From the NCBI GenBank assembly GCA_030704615.1, contig CM060734.1, forward strand, positions 7,378,001 to 7,442,000: DNA of 64,000 nt. The letters run 5' to 3'. A model generated the notes under the pieces. That model saw nothing but the letters and a program-made list of their open reading frames with translations. It was not told the origin of the DNA and made no database searches. This stretch comes from Takakia lepidozioides (Eukaryota > Plantae > Bryophyta). Numbering within the stretch: the first letter of the stretch is position 1; each line of letters starts with the position of its first letter. Below, piece after piece: positions 14,695 to 28,300 of this stretch. Position numbers and translations under genes: made by a program.

Positions 14695-16955
14695 GACTTC
14701 CAGGCAAGGCACCACGTTGGTGCCACAAACTGTCACCTCATCAGTTTTTACTAGGTTTAACCCTCCTACCAAAATGCAGAGCACCCCTAACCTGTGCCAT
14801 CCTCTCCAAAATACCACTCAGGAATAAAAACCATCATATCATATCTGGGGATCCTGAGTCCCTTCTCACAGTCCCCGGTGACACGATCAATCCAATATTT
14901 GTCTCTGAAGAGGCCACTACAGACAACACACCTGGCGATTCCACCCAGCCAACAATTTAGTACAGAGGGATTTATATATCTTGCCACAGAAGTATATTAA
15001 CATTCAACCTGAAAAGCACTGAATGTCCCGGGGTGGGGGGGGAGGGTTTGGGAATCTGACCATGGCACTAATCAGTTACAGACCTCTTACAAAACCAAAA
15101 GGGAAAGATTGATGTCTGACATCCATGGCATACCCTGTCAAGGCCCGCTTACATTTCCATTTGAAACCAATGAAACAAGAACTAGTTATGGAGTGCCCCT
15201 GGGCCATGTATGTTAAAGCTAATTACTGGGCCCTTCTGTAAAAGCCATTGGTGCATGATTTAGCATGCGTCTGATGTTAGAGGCAATTATGCATTAATCA
15301 GGTCTTACTGTTCTTCTTGATAAGCAAAGCACGGGAGCGATAGGACTAATTCCACTGTAGCTCAGCTGAAAGTTTAACATCGCATATCAATTATGGAATG
15401 CCCAGACACCTGGATTGACCCTGAGCATGGGACAATCTGAGCACACTCTGATGCTAAAAAAGGTACCCCCTCTCCACACTAAATAGAATCTGAGAGCTTC
15501 ATTCATTCTCTAGTAGCACATCTTTGAAACTCCAACATCATATGAACCCACATAAACATCAGCTTTTGAACCCTCCTGCTGAAGGCTTGTCTAATCTTCC
15601 ACTAGGGTTTCACCTAGTTCAATGTCAGAGAGTCATGGAAACATCAGTCAAGAACAGCTTCCAAGATATAAATGCTTTCAAGTTTAACACTCTCACTCTG
15701 TTCAGGATATCCAGTTACCGCAACACTCTGCTGCGTGAAAGATGTACCACTCACTTTGTTGATAGATGCACTGACTTAAGTCCTGCAAGTCAATACCCAA
15801 GCTCCATGTCACGTGCTTGGGCTTAATCGCCACTGTCAGACCCATCCCTGGCATTGCCCATGTGCAAAAGATGATCACAATGAACCTAGACTTTGAATTA
15901 GAATACACATACCCTGGTAACAAAAAAGGCAATGATTTGCCATACAGAGTGCTCTGGAGCAAAGATGGTTGAAATTGAGTCCGTGTTTTGGGATTGTTGT
16001 CAGATTCACAATTCCCTTTTTACCGAGCACACAGGGAATGAAACTTAAAGTCCTCCTGTAATTCAATAACGACCTTAAGCAGACTTGCACCTTGCCAACC
16101 TTAGAGATATATGATTATGATATAATATATTGCCATTTGTAGCAACATTTCAGAAAACTCATAAAACCAGCTTTCGATTGGGCTGAATGTACTCTGGGAG
16201 AGCACAAACTTAAGCTTTGAAGCTTCTGGGCTCAACGGCAGCAATGCTGGATCGCTAGTAGTTGCACACTAGTAAGCGCCCAATACCCAGGGTTTTACCC
16301 TCCTATAAGAAATAACTAACTACATTGAGGTAAACAACGTTTGAAAGTACTTCATAATTGAGGACACATATAGAGCAACAACAGCTGCTGCTGTACTTTA
16401 CATTTAGTAGAGAATTGAGTGATGCAAACCTGAATGCCAGACTCAGTCACCACATGATGCCCATGCGCAAACACGCTCTAGTCTCCTACTCAGCCAAAGG
16501 ATCAAATTAGGGGTAGGTTTCCACGATCGAACAACTCATTGCCCGGAGTACCAGAGCTGAGGTTTGCCACTAAAAAAACACGGCATGCACCCAATTCGAC
16601 ACGTCACTCCAATTGGAATCTTATCACGCAATTGCAATCAGGAGCTGAAAACCACAGCATTTGCAGCTAAATCCCCGCCAGCCAAAGCAATTCCCTACTC
16701 CCCTGCCACCTCCCGGAGACGAAACCAAAAAATTCAACACCTGCTTGACATACCTGGAACACCCACGGTGCCACATTCCATTTCGTCCCCGAACCGCTTT
16801 CCTCTCGCTCGCCCTCTTCTTCCAATCATCCTCCCCCCGTCCGATGAGCCTGCGATGCCGATCAATGCATGAACCCCGCGCTAGGGTTCGGAGCGCGAGA
16901 GCTAGGGTTTGGAAGCCATGGATGCATGGGGGTGTGTGTGTGTTTGAGCCCAGTT

Positions 16956-17140
16956 CTGCCTGCTCCTGCTGTTTATGTCGCTCTGTCAAATTATCCCCAG
17001 TTTTCGATCAGGGATATTGTCATTTTCTGTCAAATAGTCCCGAACCCTAGTGCTGCCTGCTCCTGCTGTTTATGTCGCTCTGTCAAATTATCCCCAGTTT
17101 TCGATCAGGGATATTGTCATTTTCTGTCAAATAGTCCCGA
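16956..17140. repeat. Tandem duplication, about 97-bp period, 2 copies
   Basis: CTGCCTGCTCCTGCTGTTTATG...CAAATAGTCCCGA at 16956 and 17053. Confidence 0.9.
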
Positions 17141-17747
17141 TCCTTGTCCCCCGGACTGAATACAACGTATGATTGTCGGCTCAGCCTTTAACTTTTCCTA
17201 TTTATACGCAGCTCTCGCTTTATGCGCCTGGTAGGCTACTACCAAGCTTTTCTCATGACCTCTTCATTGTGAGTCCTCGGATTCCGTGCCTCTTCTTTCT
17301 TTTTTAGGAGTGATCCTTCTCAAGTCTTATGGCCCTCAGCTCGAATCGGCTGTTTGACGCGCCTTCCTGTCACAGCTCCAGCTAAGGTTCCTATTGTTAT
17401 ATGTCGCTTGCTCTTCAAGCTGATCAGACTCTTTTAGCGCTCTCTTCGGCTCTTTGGACGCTGGTGCCTATCTCTGCCATTTCTTGCTGCTGAAGCACCT
17501 TCCTGGCCATCAGATCCAGCTTCGGAGCCTCATGACGCCTGTCGCTTTCTCTTCAAGCTGTGACTAATCTGGGCGCCCTCTGCGGCTCCTCGTTCGCCGA
17601 TGCCTGTCTTCCCCCTCCCTATCTCGTCAGCTGTGGTGCAGCTGGTCCTTCTTGGGGACAATTAAGTTCCCTTCTTTCCCTCTTCCCGTCTCAGTTTTTC
17701 GGTAGCTCTCCTCGCTCTTATCTCCTATCTCCTATCTGTCATAGGGA

Positions 17748-19440
17748 GTGTCGGATCTTGCCTTTTCTGTGTGCTCAGCTATGGCCCCGATTAATGCTGC
17801 TGCCGGGGGGCCCCCGAGAAATCCTTCTTCCCGCTCCAACAGATCATATCGTGAGAGAAGGAGTATCCCTAGATTAGGAGGTCCTAGTTTGTTGGGCTCT
17901 GCTCCCATTACATCTTCCCCCCATGGTAGACACTTGGAGGCTTGGAGTGAGACTGCAGCCCCCTCTTCTGATGAGCAACCCATCTTGAATCTTGATATGT
18001 CTATTGTTCAAGATCACTCCAAAAAACTCTCTGAGCAGGGAATGTTGACTCATTTCCCTGGCAGAGTTCGTGATCGTCATTGGGCAAGGATGTTGACAAT
18101 TGAGCATCTAGGGGTAGACGGGGGGCTCACTCCACACTTCTGTCACCCTTTAGGAAGGGTTTTTTTCTCAATTCTTTTCTGCTTGGTGGAGTATGCCACC
18201 AAGGCTCTTAAGTTCAATGTGCGCAAATCGAGATATAGAGTTCACATTTTTCCGTGGTCGGCTGAATGGGGTCACAAATTAGGGGTGACCTGTAAGCCTA
18301 GGATTATTGCATTACCTTATCTGCCCGGCAATTACCTTAGATCTCTTCCAGAAATAGGGGCGTTCTTTGGAGCCTATATCGGCTCCATGAATGTTAATGA
18401 CTATTTGGAAGCTGATGTGATAAGTGTTGATTCTGATAGTCTTCATGACCCTACGTGGGACTCGGGGGATTGTAGTGTGGATGCCTGAATCCACCAGCAT
18501 TCTTGCTTCCTTGAAGTTGCCAACACTTGACAATTCCTTTATCACTGTCTCAGTCTTTGAGGAAAATCTGTGTGTCCTTTGTCATCAGTGTCACAGGGAG
18601 GGGCATATAAAGGCTGATCGCCCCCAGAACAAGAAAGCAAGGATTTCTAACCATCACTCTTCCCCTGTGGCAGCTGCTTCTTGCATGGAAGGTGAAGAAA
18701 TGGCCACGTAAATCTTGCCTTCTCCCTCTGTGGTTCTCGGGGAGGAACTGTTGTCCTGGCCACCCCATCCTTAGCTGCTTCCATTCAAGAAGTTATCACT
18801 TGGGAGCAAGGCCGTCTTCAATGTTTGTTGACCCTCTCGAGCTCCCCTTTTGGTAACTCCGCTTTCCTGAATATCTATGCTCCTCTTCCTCTAAACGTGC
18901 TGTCTTCTTGGACCTCATTAGAGAGAAAATATTGTCAATGCCTATGATTAACCATTGGGTGATTGTTGGGGATTTCAATATGGCAGACAACTTCAGTGAT
19001 TGTTTGGCTCACTCTTCGCATTTCCTCTCAGAGTCTGAGCAAACTGCCTGGGAGAGGCTATGTTTTTCTGTTGGCATTTTCAATGCATTCTCGGAGTCTC
19101 CTCAGGGTTTGAAGTACACTTGGTCCAGTTTAAGGCTGCCTCCTGACCTCAATTTAGCGTGCTTGGACAGAGTTTATTGCTCTAATTGTCTGGTCCTCGT
19201 CCTTTCCTCAAGGGCCTACTCTGCCCGGCTTTGATCACGCGGCAGTGGCGAACTCCTTCAATCCTCCCGGTATGCACTCTAAAGGCAGAGGCTACTTCAA
19301 GTTGAACTCTTCCTATCTTCAGACCCAGGATTTTGTTCGAAAGTTGAAGGAGGTTTGGTCCTCAGCAGGTCAAGGTTTTACCTCCCCCACTGTAAAGTGG
19401 CACAAATTGGGCTCAGGATTTCTTGGGCTTGGGCCCTAGT
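17748..19440 (+). pseudogene. Degenerate L1-type LINE: ORF1 with zinc knuckle plus APE endonuclease fragment
   Basis: CHQCHREGHIKAD knuckle near 18580; WVIVGDFN, YTW..LDRVY, DH, GRGYFKLN APE motifs at 18950-19310; several frameshifts. Confidence 0.75.
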
Positions 19441-19457
19441 GTAAAGTGGCCCTAAGT

Positions 19458-20362
19458 CAGGGAATGCTAGACCGTGAACAGATTTCGTGAGCAGAAATTC
19501 CGTGAGCAGAATTCCGCTCACGTCCGCAGGCAAACGTTGAGAGTGTGGGGCCTATAACCGTGGACACCAAAGGGCACATAGGGCCTATTACCGCGGACTG
19601 GACCTTTCAAAGTTAGGGCAGTATTGCATATTTTTTCTCGCACAAGAAGTCCACAAATTGGATTATTATCCCTGCCTTTTGCGGAAAATTCTCGTACAAC
19701 ATGGGAATGGATGAATAATGGATGAATGTGTGATGAATGACAGATGGATGAACGACAAATTACTTGTAGTCCCCGTCCGCAATTGCTCCATCAAATCATG
19801 TCGTCGTCTCTTTGTTTTTGCCTGTGATGGTGCAGTTTCCGTACTTATGCTTGTATATCAATTCCTTCTCTCTGTCCACGTGAATGCTTGAACTTTTGAG
19901 GTATGCTGATTGATTGACAATCATAGAGAAAATGCAATCTAGTTTAGGGTTCAGTGTGTCCCACTGGATGGTAAATATGCAGACGAGTCAAAGTAGACAT
20001 TGAGGAACATTGCCAAACAGATTGAAGGCATTAGAATTCCATGTGAAAACTGCTCTTTCAAATTGCAACACCATGCGAGAGAAACATTACAAATGAATTG
20101 TGCTGTCAATGACCCTTAGATGGAAAGTGAGGAATCAGAACTACTGGTATCGCGATCTGTTCTTAGGCACTATGTCAATGAACACCCTAGCATTGTGGAG
20201 TGATTGAACAGTACTGTCGTTCGTTAGGTGTGGAGTTGGTGAGCCAAGGAGACAAAATTGACGGGCTGCTGCCTCTACATAATCTGGCAAGCGAAACATC
20301 TGTGGAGGACTAGGGAAGAAGTCCGGATGTGCAAAGAAAGGCAGTATCCGTGACGATGCAAA
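19458..20362 (-). mobile_element. End of a related MULE-family element that hosts the 20363-31677 insertion (continues after 31678)
   Basis: Terminus CAGGGAATGC resembles the reverse complement of the 31677 end (CAGGGATGC); CGTGAGC repeats; CCTATAACCGTGGA shared with about 20576; ATGGATGA repeats mirror 31100-31480. Confidence 0.6.
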
Positions 20363-21012
20363 CAACGACGCAATGGCGTGAGCGTTGCACGTGAGCGCGC
20401 GAGCGTACGCTCACGCAGGAGTGACGTGGCGTGAGCGTACGCTCACGCCAGCTAACGTGGCGTGAGCCTGCACACATGCTGACGTGGCGTGAGCGTCATG
20501 TCAGCATGCTGATGTGGCGGTAAATGATGACGTGGCACTGTCCGTCAACTGCCACGTCAGCATTAACATGCGCCGCCTATAACCGTGGATGGTCCTATGA
20601 CCGTGGAATTAATGCAGGGAATCTTGCCTAAATAGAATCAAGACGAGCGTTGAGGCCTACAATTGCAGCATCCAACATTGTGCAATTACAAATGTTTGTT
20701 TCACTTTTACAATTACGAAGACGACAAAATATCCTCACAAAGTGTGCGCCATAAAGGCTGCCACGAGAAGACTTCCTCCCTCCTCAAATAACAATGAGAG
20801 TTATGATCATCTTCAAAAGATGATTGTAGTGCATAGCGACAGCAAGACATGTAGACTTCGAACGGTGCAATGACAAATGTGCACTACCTAAAAGTTGTCA
20901 CTCAGACCTCACTCCGTATAGTTGGAGGCCATATCATTGCACAGCCGACGAATTGATGTGAATTACACATTTCAAATCATGGTCATCCACATACCACATT
21001 ACATAGTTCATG

Positions 21013-24000
21013 CTACCCATGTGTTGTATCCCGCTGCAAAAGAGTATCGACCTCGTTGAAACTCATAGTGGCCTGGTGAATGAAGTTGTCACGTTTGGGA
21101 TCGCAAACCATCCTCCTCAAAAATATGAAATACAAATGTTTGCAGGGTATGAATTTACCTCTCTTGCCCAAACTGGTTGATAGCATATTCACAAAATCAG
21201 GACATGTGCAATTGGGGAAATTGGAAACCGTGATGTCGTAGGTCCTGTCATGAACAACAGATGTGGAAGTGATGATTGTGAATACCCGACCATATCCTGG
21301 ATCGGGTACTTCCGTGGTGCTTCCGACACGAGCTTGGAGCATTCTTGCGGACTCCACTTTGCCAAAGTGTTCAGCGGTTGGATGGAAACGCCGAACGAGC
21401 TTTCCATCTCGTTTGGTTGGCCACAAGTCAGGATTTGCCGGGGGGACCCGGGAGGACGCAGGAGTAGTAGCACATGCATGGAGTTGGGGTTGTCTCGCAA
21501 GGGAAAAACCTGCCTCCTCCAGCATTTCAATCTCCTGAAAGCTGAGATGTGTTCCCACCTTCACGGGCCAAACGGTTGGAGGAGATGGCTTCATCACTAC
21601 GGAAGGACGCACAGTTCCATGCACACATCTGGCACAATCATCTGCGCAGAACCAGAACTTGTGGTTCTTGGCTTCTGGTTGACCGTATGGACGCATCAAG
21701 CTCGTGAAAGTCGGAGCAGGAGTTCGGGCACCACCTCTGGATATAGATGAAGTGCACTTCTCGAAATTAGTTGCCCTGATCGCTGTACATTTCACACGAG
21801 ACCCGACACTTGTGCGTTCTATGTGCCAAACGTGGTCGGGGCATGCGGACTCAAGCACATCAAGGGGGTTGTTTCTCTCCTGCACCATTTCAGTGGCACG
21901 GTTTGATGCTGGAGCTTGCCGTCGTGTTGGAGGTTCCTCCACAATGGAGGTTCCGGACACGGAGCTGTCATGCAGGGGAACACGAGGCTTCGAGAAGTTA
22001 TCACGGTCTGCCCTGTGGGAATCTGAATCCGAACCAGGTGGAGTGTTCAATTTCCTCTTACAGGAGCCGAATCTCTCCTCCCCTTCAAGATGTGGAACTC
22101 TAGAAACAAGTGGCGTTCCCTGGGCATACATGCTCACCGCCCGTGCTATCTTGATTGGATCCCCAGATCTGTTTGCAGCACGCAACATCAACTCCGATTT
22201 GTCCGGACCCTTGCCACCAACCCCACCTCGTAAGCAATCACGGTATCGGGTTTGTTGTTGCAAGGCACGTATCAAATCATCTGTTGTTGCCACATACAAA
22301 TCCCGACCTCGTTTCCCAGACTGCTGCAACCATGCATTGTGCACAGTTTCTGCCAAATTGCAAGATGGCATGTCTGCCATTTCCTCAATGGACATGTTCT
22401 GCAAAGAGGATAACCACACTTCAGAATAGTGCACAGGAAACAACATAAAGAAAGCAATGAGTCAAAAATATGGAAAGCAAATGTATGAATAAAGCATGAA
22501 ATAGAAGCCTCGTACCATTGTCATGGCTGCTCCCCACTGTCTATACCGGAAGTGCCAAAACGCCAGCCAATCTTCCAATGCTCTCATACTCTCAAGTGAT
22601 GCAGCTCCAGAAGAGAACCACCAGGCACGAATTGTTTGGAACAAAGTGTCCGCCTCCTTCATTGTTCTAGCATCTTTGTACTCTTTGCACAATTTACGGT
22701 GCTGAGTCTGCATCTCTGGTTTGATGTCCGACTTTGTATGTTTTTCCAGAGATTGTGTCCAATGGAATAGACATGTACGCTCTCTTCCTGGCATAGGCAC
22801 TTTTGGGTCGCCCGATCCGAAGACAATACGAATAGCATTGAAATTTGCTTGAGCACTATCCGCCATGAAACCTGCGAAATTTGGAGATGGCAGCCCATGG
22901 CAGCCCATGACACGTATCAGGGAATTCCACATGAGCTTCTGGGATTCCGTATCCTCGGATTGCATGTCACAAACTGCAATTGTCATAACTCGTTGGTACA
23001 CTGGATCGTAGACATGACAAGCCATTGTCGTCCAATCCTTCACTCGTTTCACATGATCAAACATAAGAAAACAGTTCTGCAAGTCCCAGTCTTTTGCATC
23101 CGCTTCACGAGGCTAACCCCACTGCCCTCCCCAACAGTCGACATTTTGAAAAGAAAAACTTTGATGGCACCTTGACCTGGGAATACATTGTCCTGGATGT
23201 AATCGTACTTGCTCAGTCGTTTCAATTCCAAAATATTGTCTATGTAGCCTCTGATCCCAGAGCCCATTCTCAATGCATTGATCTGATGCCGAATGTTAGG
23301 TGAACTTAAAGTGGAGAAATGATCCATGACCAGGTCCAATGCTGCACCGTCAAGTTTAGTCCCCACAGAATCTCCTTCACTCAAAATATGGCTTTCCAAG
23401 AAGGACTTGCTTGCGCCAAGAGCAATTGCAGATGTTGTTGCGGATGGGTTTCTCCCGAACTCCTGTTTGATCAACCTCGATACTGTCTCAACACTCTCCC
23501 TGTAATCCCCCTTCGAGACAGGATGGTTATGGAATCCAAAATGCACACAAGCTCTCGTCATTGTATTCAAACGGTGGACAACATAGTACATTCTTGCTCC
23601 GCAGAGCGCCAAGCAGGATGGCACAAGTTTGCAGAATTTGCAGACGAAAGTGTTTGCCGGTGGAGGGGCAGTCCCAGGCTGAAATGGATTCTCCGCCAGA
23701 CCCTCCCATTCGCTTTGATTATGAACTCCAGACTGAAGAAAGTGTCTGCAATTCAAATTATCACACCTAAGGTGTCCATTGCAAACTGTCCTCCTGAAAA
23801 CAAGCTTGTCATCATTCTGAATATTGGATGTTTTTGTTCTGCACCACGGGTGCCCGTCGTGTTTCTTGTCCATTCCATGCATCATGATTGTTACACCTCC
23901 AACTCGCGGAGGAGGAGGCAGCTCGAATAGGATATCGCCATCAAAAGTCTCCGGCAAGAACTTCACAGGCACCTGCTTCAAAGATTCCCAATCAATTCCC

Positions 24001-24527
24001 CGCAACTCACTTTTGAATCCAGCCATTCCTCCCATCGCCCGCAATTTTGGAATGACACTACAAATCTCTTCTTCATCAGCTTCTGCAACCACAGTAGGAA
24101 GGACTGGATTTGGAATTTCACTTATGTCATCATCGGAAGAATCCGAAAGCTCAACGATTGGAGTGGAGGAAGTCTGTTCTTTTTTCACCACCACCTCCCT
24201 CTTGTCTTCAACGACCGAAGCAGCAGTCCCGGGCGTCACATATGACCCAAGGGACTTTCGCCGAGGCTCTCCAAGTACTCTGTATCGACCAGGACGCACT
24301 CTCCACTGGCTGATATGAGCCGTCTCATCACGGTTTTGGAAAGAATATTTCACCAACTTCCCTTTCAGATCGTAAACCTCTTTCTCCAAAAAGATGGAGC
24401 CATTCTACAGCTGAAAACGGGTAGCCAAGACATGTTCCAGAACAATTGCAAATCCATTGTCAAGGACTTCCTGGGAGAACGGCACTGGTTTGTCGTCTGA
24501 GAAGAACTCCGCTTCAGAGGAAGCCAT
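21013..24527 (-). pseudogene. MULE-type DDE transposase with N-terminal GCM-like Zn domain and C-terminal SWIM finger (one stop, one frameshift as assembled)
   Basis: MFDHVK (D), FMADSAQANFNAI...CLFHW (D, CxxH), NLAETVH (E); SWIM CTCPDF...CKH; intron 22515-22399; in-frame TAG near 24406; frameshift near 23085. Confidence 0.85.
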
Positions 24528-25381
24528 CTTCCTTCCTCGAGTATGTTTGTACCTTGCTATCGCAGATCTAGTGTAAATCGGTTTACTGCTGTCTCCAGAA
24601 CACAGTTGAAGAATGAGCAGAGCATATGGCGGAGGAAGCTCAGATAACGACTGTGCATATTCTGTTATTCATTCCAGATATGCAGCCGTCCATTTTAATT
24701 ACTTTTCTTGTGGGCCCAGTGGTCAGAGAATCCATAGGGGCAGTGTCGGCAACTGTTAAACCGTTAATCAGAACCTCATCAATAAACCCAATAACAAAGC
24801 CGACTTCCTGGAAGCATGCCACAGGATCCGAGAATGGGATTGCAGATTAAGTAAATGTATCTATATACTACTACCAATGATCATGCGCACCTGGAAAGTT
24901 CCAAATGTGCAACGAATGTGGGGTTTGGATAACAAGGATGACGTGTATGATATTCCAAAATTTGTCATCAAACTCTCGTTCATTTATATTTATTTGTTTA
25001 AGACTGCGCATCAATTTCTGGGATTCGCTGTTCTTTTTAAATATTGAACCAGTTATAATTTAGAACACGCCGTTTTGTTTTGGGCGGCACACGTCAGACA
25101 TCCATAACTGAATACGAACAGCTGTACACCAATTGCTGGCATGTGCACTAATAACGAAACGACTATGTGTAACGGTCACGCGGGAGGGAATCCGATGCTT
25201 CTAGAGACACGCAAGAACACAGGCAATCCCGCAAGAAATCGAGAGTCACTGCGTTTTTCTACTTTTCGCGCTTAGAGGGAGAGTGGTAGTCAAGCTGGAG
25301 AGGGTTCCTTCTAGAATACGAAAGAGAAGAAAGTCTCTTTATTTTACTTCCCTTAGAGAGAGACGCAGAGCAAGAGAGAAA

Positions 25382-28300
25382 ATGACGAGGCGTCGTTTGT
25401 TGGAGAACACAGGGCCAAGGCAGCAGGTGAACGCGGAGACTGATTCACAAGAGCAGACGGAGACTGAGGCAGCGGCTGCGACACAGTCGGCGATAAGAGT
25501 GCGCCAGCCTGTGGAGGCAGAGATGAATCGCAGGGACACTGAAGAAGGTGGAAGCACGCGGAACGCCGAACCTGAAGAAGGTCAAGAAACCCTTGCGCAG
25601 ACAGAAACTCCAGCAGATGTGAGAGGGAAGAGGAAAGCTGCAGAAGGGGATCAAATTTCAAAACCTAAGAAGGTGCCAGTAAATTTTATCATATAGTCTG
25701 TGTGATTGCCTTTCAAGGAGTCCTTCCTCTTCCATTCTTTAGCAGGAACTACTGAATCGCGAGCGTCGTTAACGCCATTCGATTCTGCTCATGAGATTTA
25801 TGTACCTATGTGTTTGAAGAGAGAGTCTGCACTTACTATTCTCCCTAAACTACACTGAATGTCGTTGCCGCCAATCAGTTGCACATATATGTCATTACAC
25901 AACACCGATCCGGCAGGTTGTTATCTTTTGTGATTGTCGTTAACGCCGTTCGCTATCGCTCTCACTTTTGTTTTGAATACGGCAGTCTCGGCTTTGCATG
26001 TGTAGATTGTGCTGAATTCTTTCACACCATTCATGGTGAGTTTCCTTGATACAGAGTGATTGTCGTTACCGCCATTCACTATTTGCAAATCACTTAGTCA
26101 GAACTGAATGGCATCGTGCAGAAAACTGTGAGGTCGAAGCCTACAGGATCAGAGGGGAAAGGATCTGGAGATGGGGACGAGTCCGCAAAAAGCTCAGAGA
26201 ATACAGATGAAGCAGATGAATCCGAAGTGCACTACCTTGACAAGGTGAAAGAACTCATGTCATTCCAGAAGGTAAACTCTCAGGAGGTTATAAGGACATG
26301 CTCGTATCTGGAGGGCGTCTGGACATACCTCTGTGCCGGATGATATCAATGCCTGTTGTGCGTCCACCTCTTTCCCATGACATAACAAAATTGGAGAGTG
26401 ATTTTGTGCATGGATATAGACTTGGTGCACAAGTTTTTTATGTGTCACTGACGGATATAAATGGGAAAAGCACATTAGTTTCTCCAGAGATCAGTGATAA
26501 CTGGGATGAGTGCTGGAAAGATGCCAATGAGGAGTTCGAGCTGGGCCTCATGATGGGAAAGAACACCCAGCAATTTTGCAACCACATGTTCTACGTCTGG
26601 GACGGCAACCACCGATTGCTGGCATGGATGGGATACATTCAGAAACACCATTCGAAAGACAAAGACAAGCATGTTGCTGTGGAGGCAATGGTTTTGGATC
26701 CAGGAAACGACATCGCTAGGCTTCTTACAGCTATGCACGACGTGAACAAGTAAGTCATCCAGGAGATTTCATTCCCTCTGTAGTGTCTTGTTGATCCTCA
26801 AAAAACAGTGTTAAGGAATGCAATGTTTTCAATGTTTTTGCAGATCGACAGAGAAATCGCATGTGACAACAAGCTTGGTTCACACACTATTCCGAATTCA
26901 GAGGATTGGTCTGATGAAGCTGGATGATTTTCGGACAGTACTACCACCCAATATCATCAAGAAGTGCGAAACAGGAAGAGCTGCAGGCACTTGGTATTCT
27001 TTGACACGAGAGGCGTTTCTGGAGTACATGTATGCGGTAAGCCCGAGTCTGTAATCTGTTTACTTTTCGAATACATGTTTAGAGTCCCTTCGGAGCTAAT
27101 CACTACTTGAATGAATGCAGCAAGAACTGGCAGAGGCAGCTGAGAAGGGAAAATCCGAATATTACCGCACTACACCAGAGGAACTAAGGACATCAAAGGG
27201 TGTGGAAGCTGCAATAAAGAAGGAGTTTGAGATGCGAAGAACCAAATTGATGTCAGCCTTCGGAAAGCAGCTTAGAATAGTAGATCCTGGACTTGGTCCT
27301 GAGTTCCTTCAGCAGATCAAAACACACTATGACAAGCATGTGCATCCGGAGATGCAGCAGGAGAAATTGCACCGGCTGGCCATATCGATGGTCGACCCAC
27401 AAACAAAAATAAGGTGGCTGGAGATATGGAACTCAGATCAAACAGTAAAGGACTTGAATCAGTTCCCAAAGAGCACCATACAGCCTGGCACAAAGGTGGA
27501 AGGAATCAGTGATTTGGTGTTTGATAACTGGCTCCACAAGGCTACATTTTGGAGTCAGGTGTGTATTCGAACATGCTGTTTCTTCTCTTCAAGTATGTGA
27601 TGTGTATCTTTTTTGCAATTCTGACAAATATACTATTTGCAGCTCGAAAAGCGCGCCGTCATTGTGCTGGATCAGACTTTGAAGGACCTGAACATTGCGA
27701 TTGTTTCCCCTCCCCAAATGTCATTGGAGGCATACATAAGGAAGTGGAGAGGTCTCACCTGGAGATACTGTTTTTTCCGGGAGTTCTCCAAAGATGGTAA
27801 CATTTTACGGTCCAACGACTTTGACAGTCAGGTTGGAGGAGAGTGGGCCATGATGCGAGTTGTGTACAGGTGCAATGTCATACTTGAAACTCTACTGTTT
27901 TTTTGGGAAAAAATGTGGCTTCATATGGATTGCAATCTTAGATCCAGATTGAATGTCGTTGACGACATTCACTTCTTTGTCTGAGTCATTCTTAAGCGAG
28001 TATATGAATTCACCTGGTTAGGATCTAAGGGTGCAATTATATTGTCCCTGATTAGAATTGATAATGTCCTTGAATGGCGTTGACGACATTCACATACGGA
28101 GTTGTTGAGAGGTCCTCAAGGTTATTTAAATTTTTGTAATGTCCATAGAGGTTACAATGAGGGTTCCTCACTTCATTTTGCTGAATGTCAATGCAGACAT
28201 TCAGTTGTTCTGCATTGTTTTTTCCTCTTGCGATGAATATGGAGGCTTCATAAGCTCTGTTTTAAGAAATCCAAAGTGAATGTCGTTGACGACATTCACA

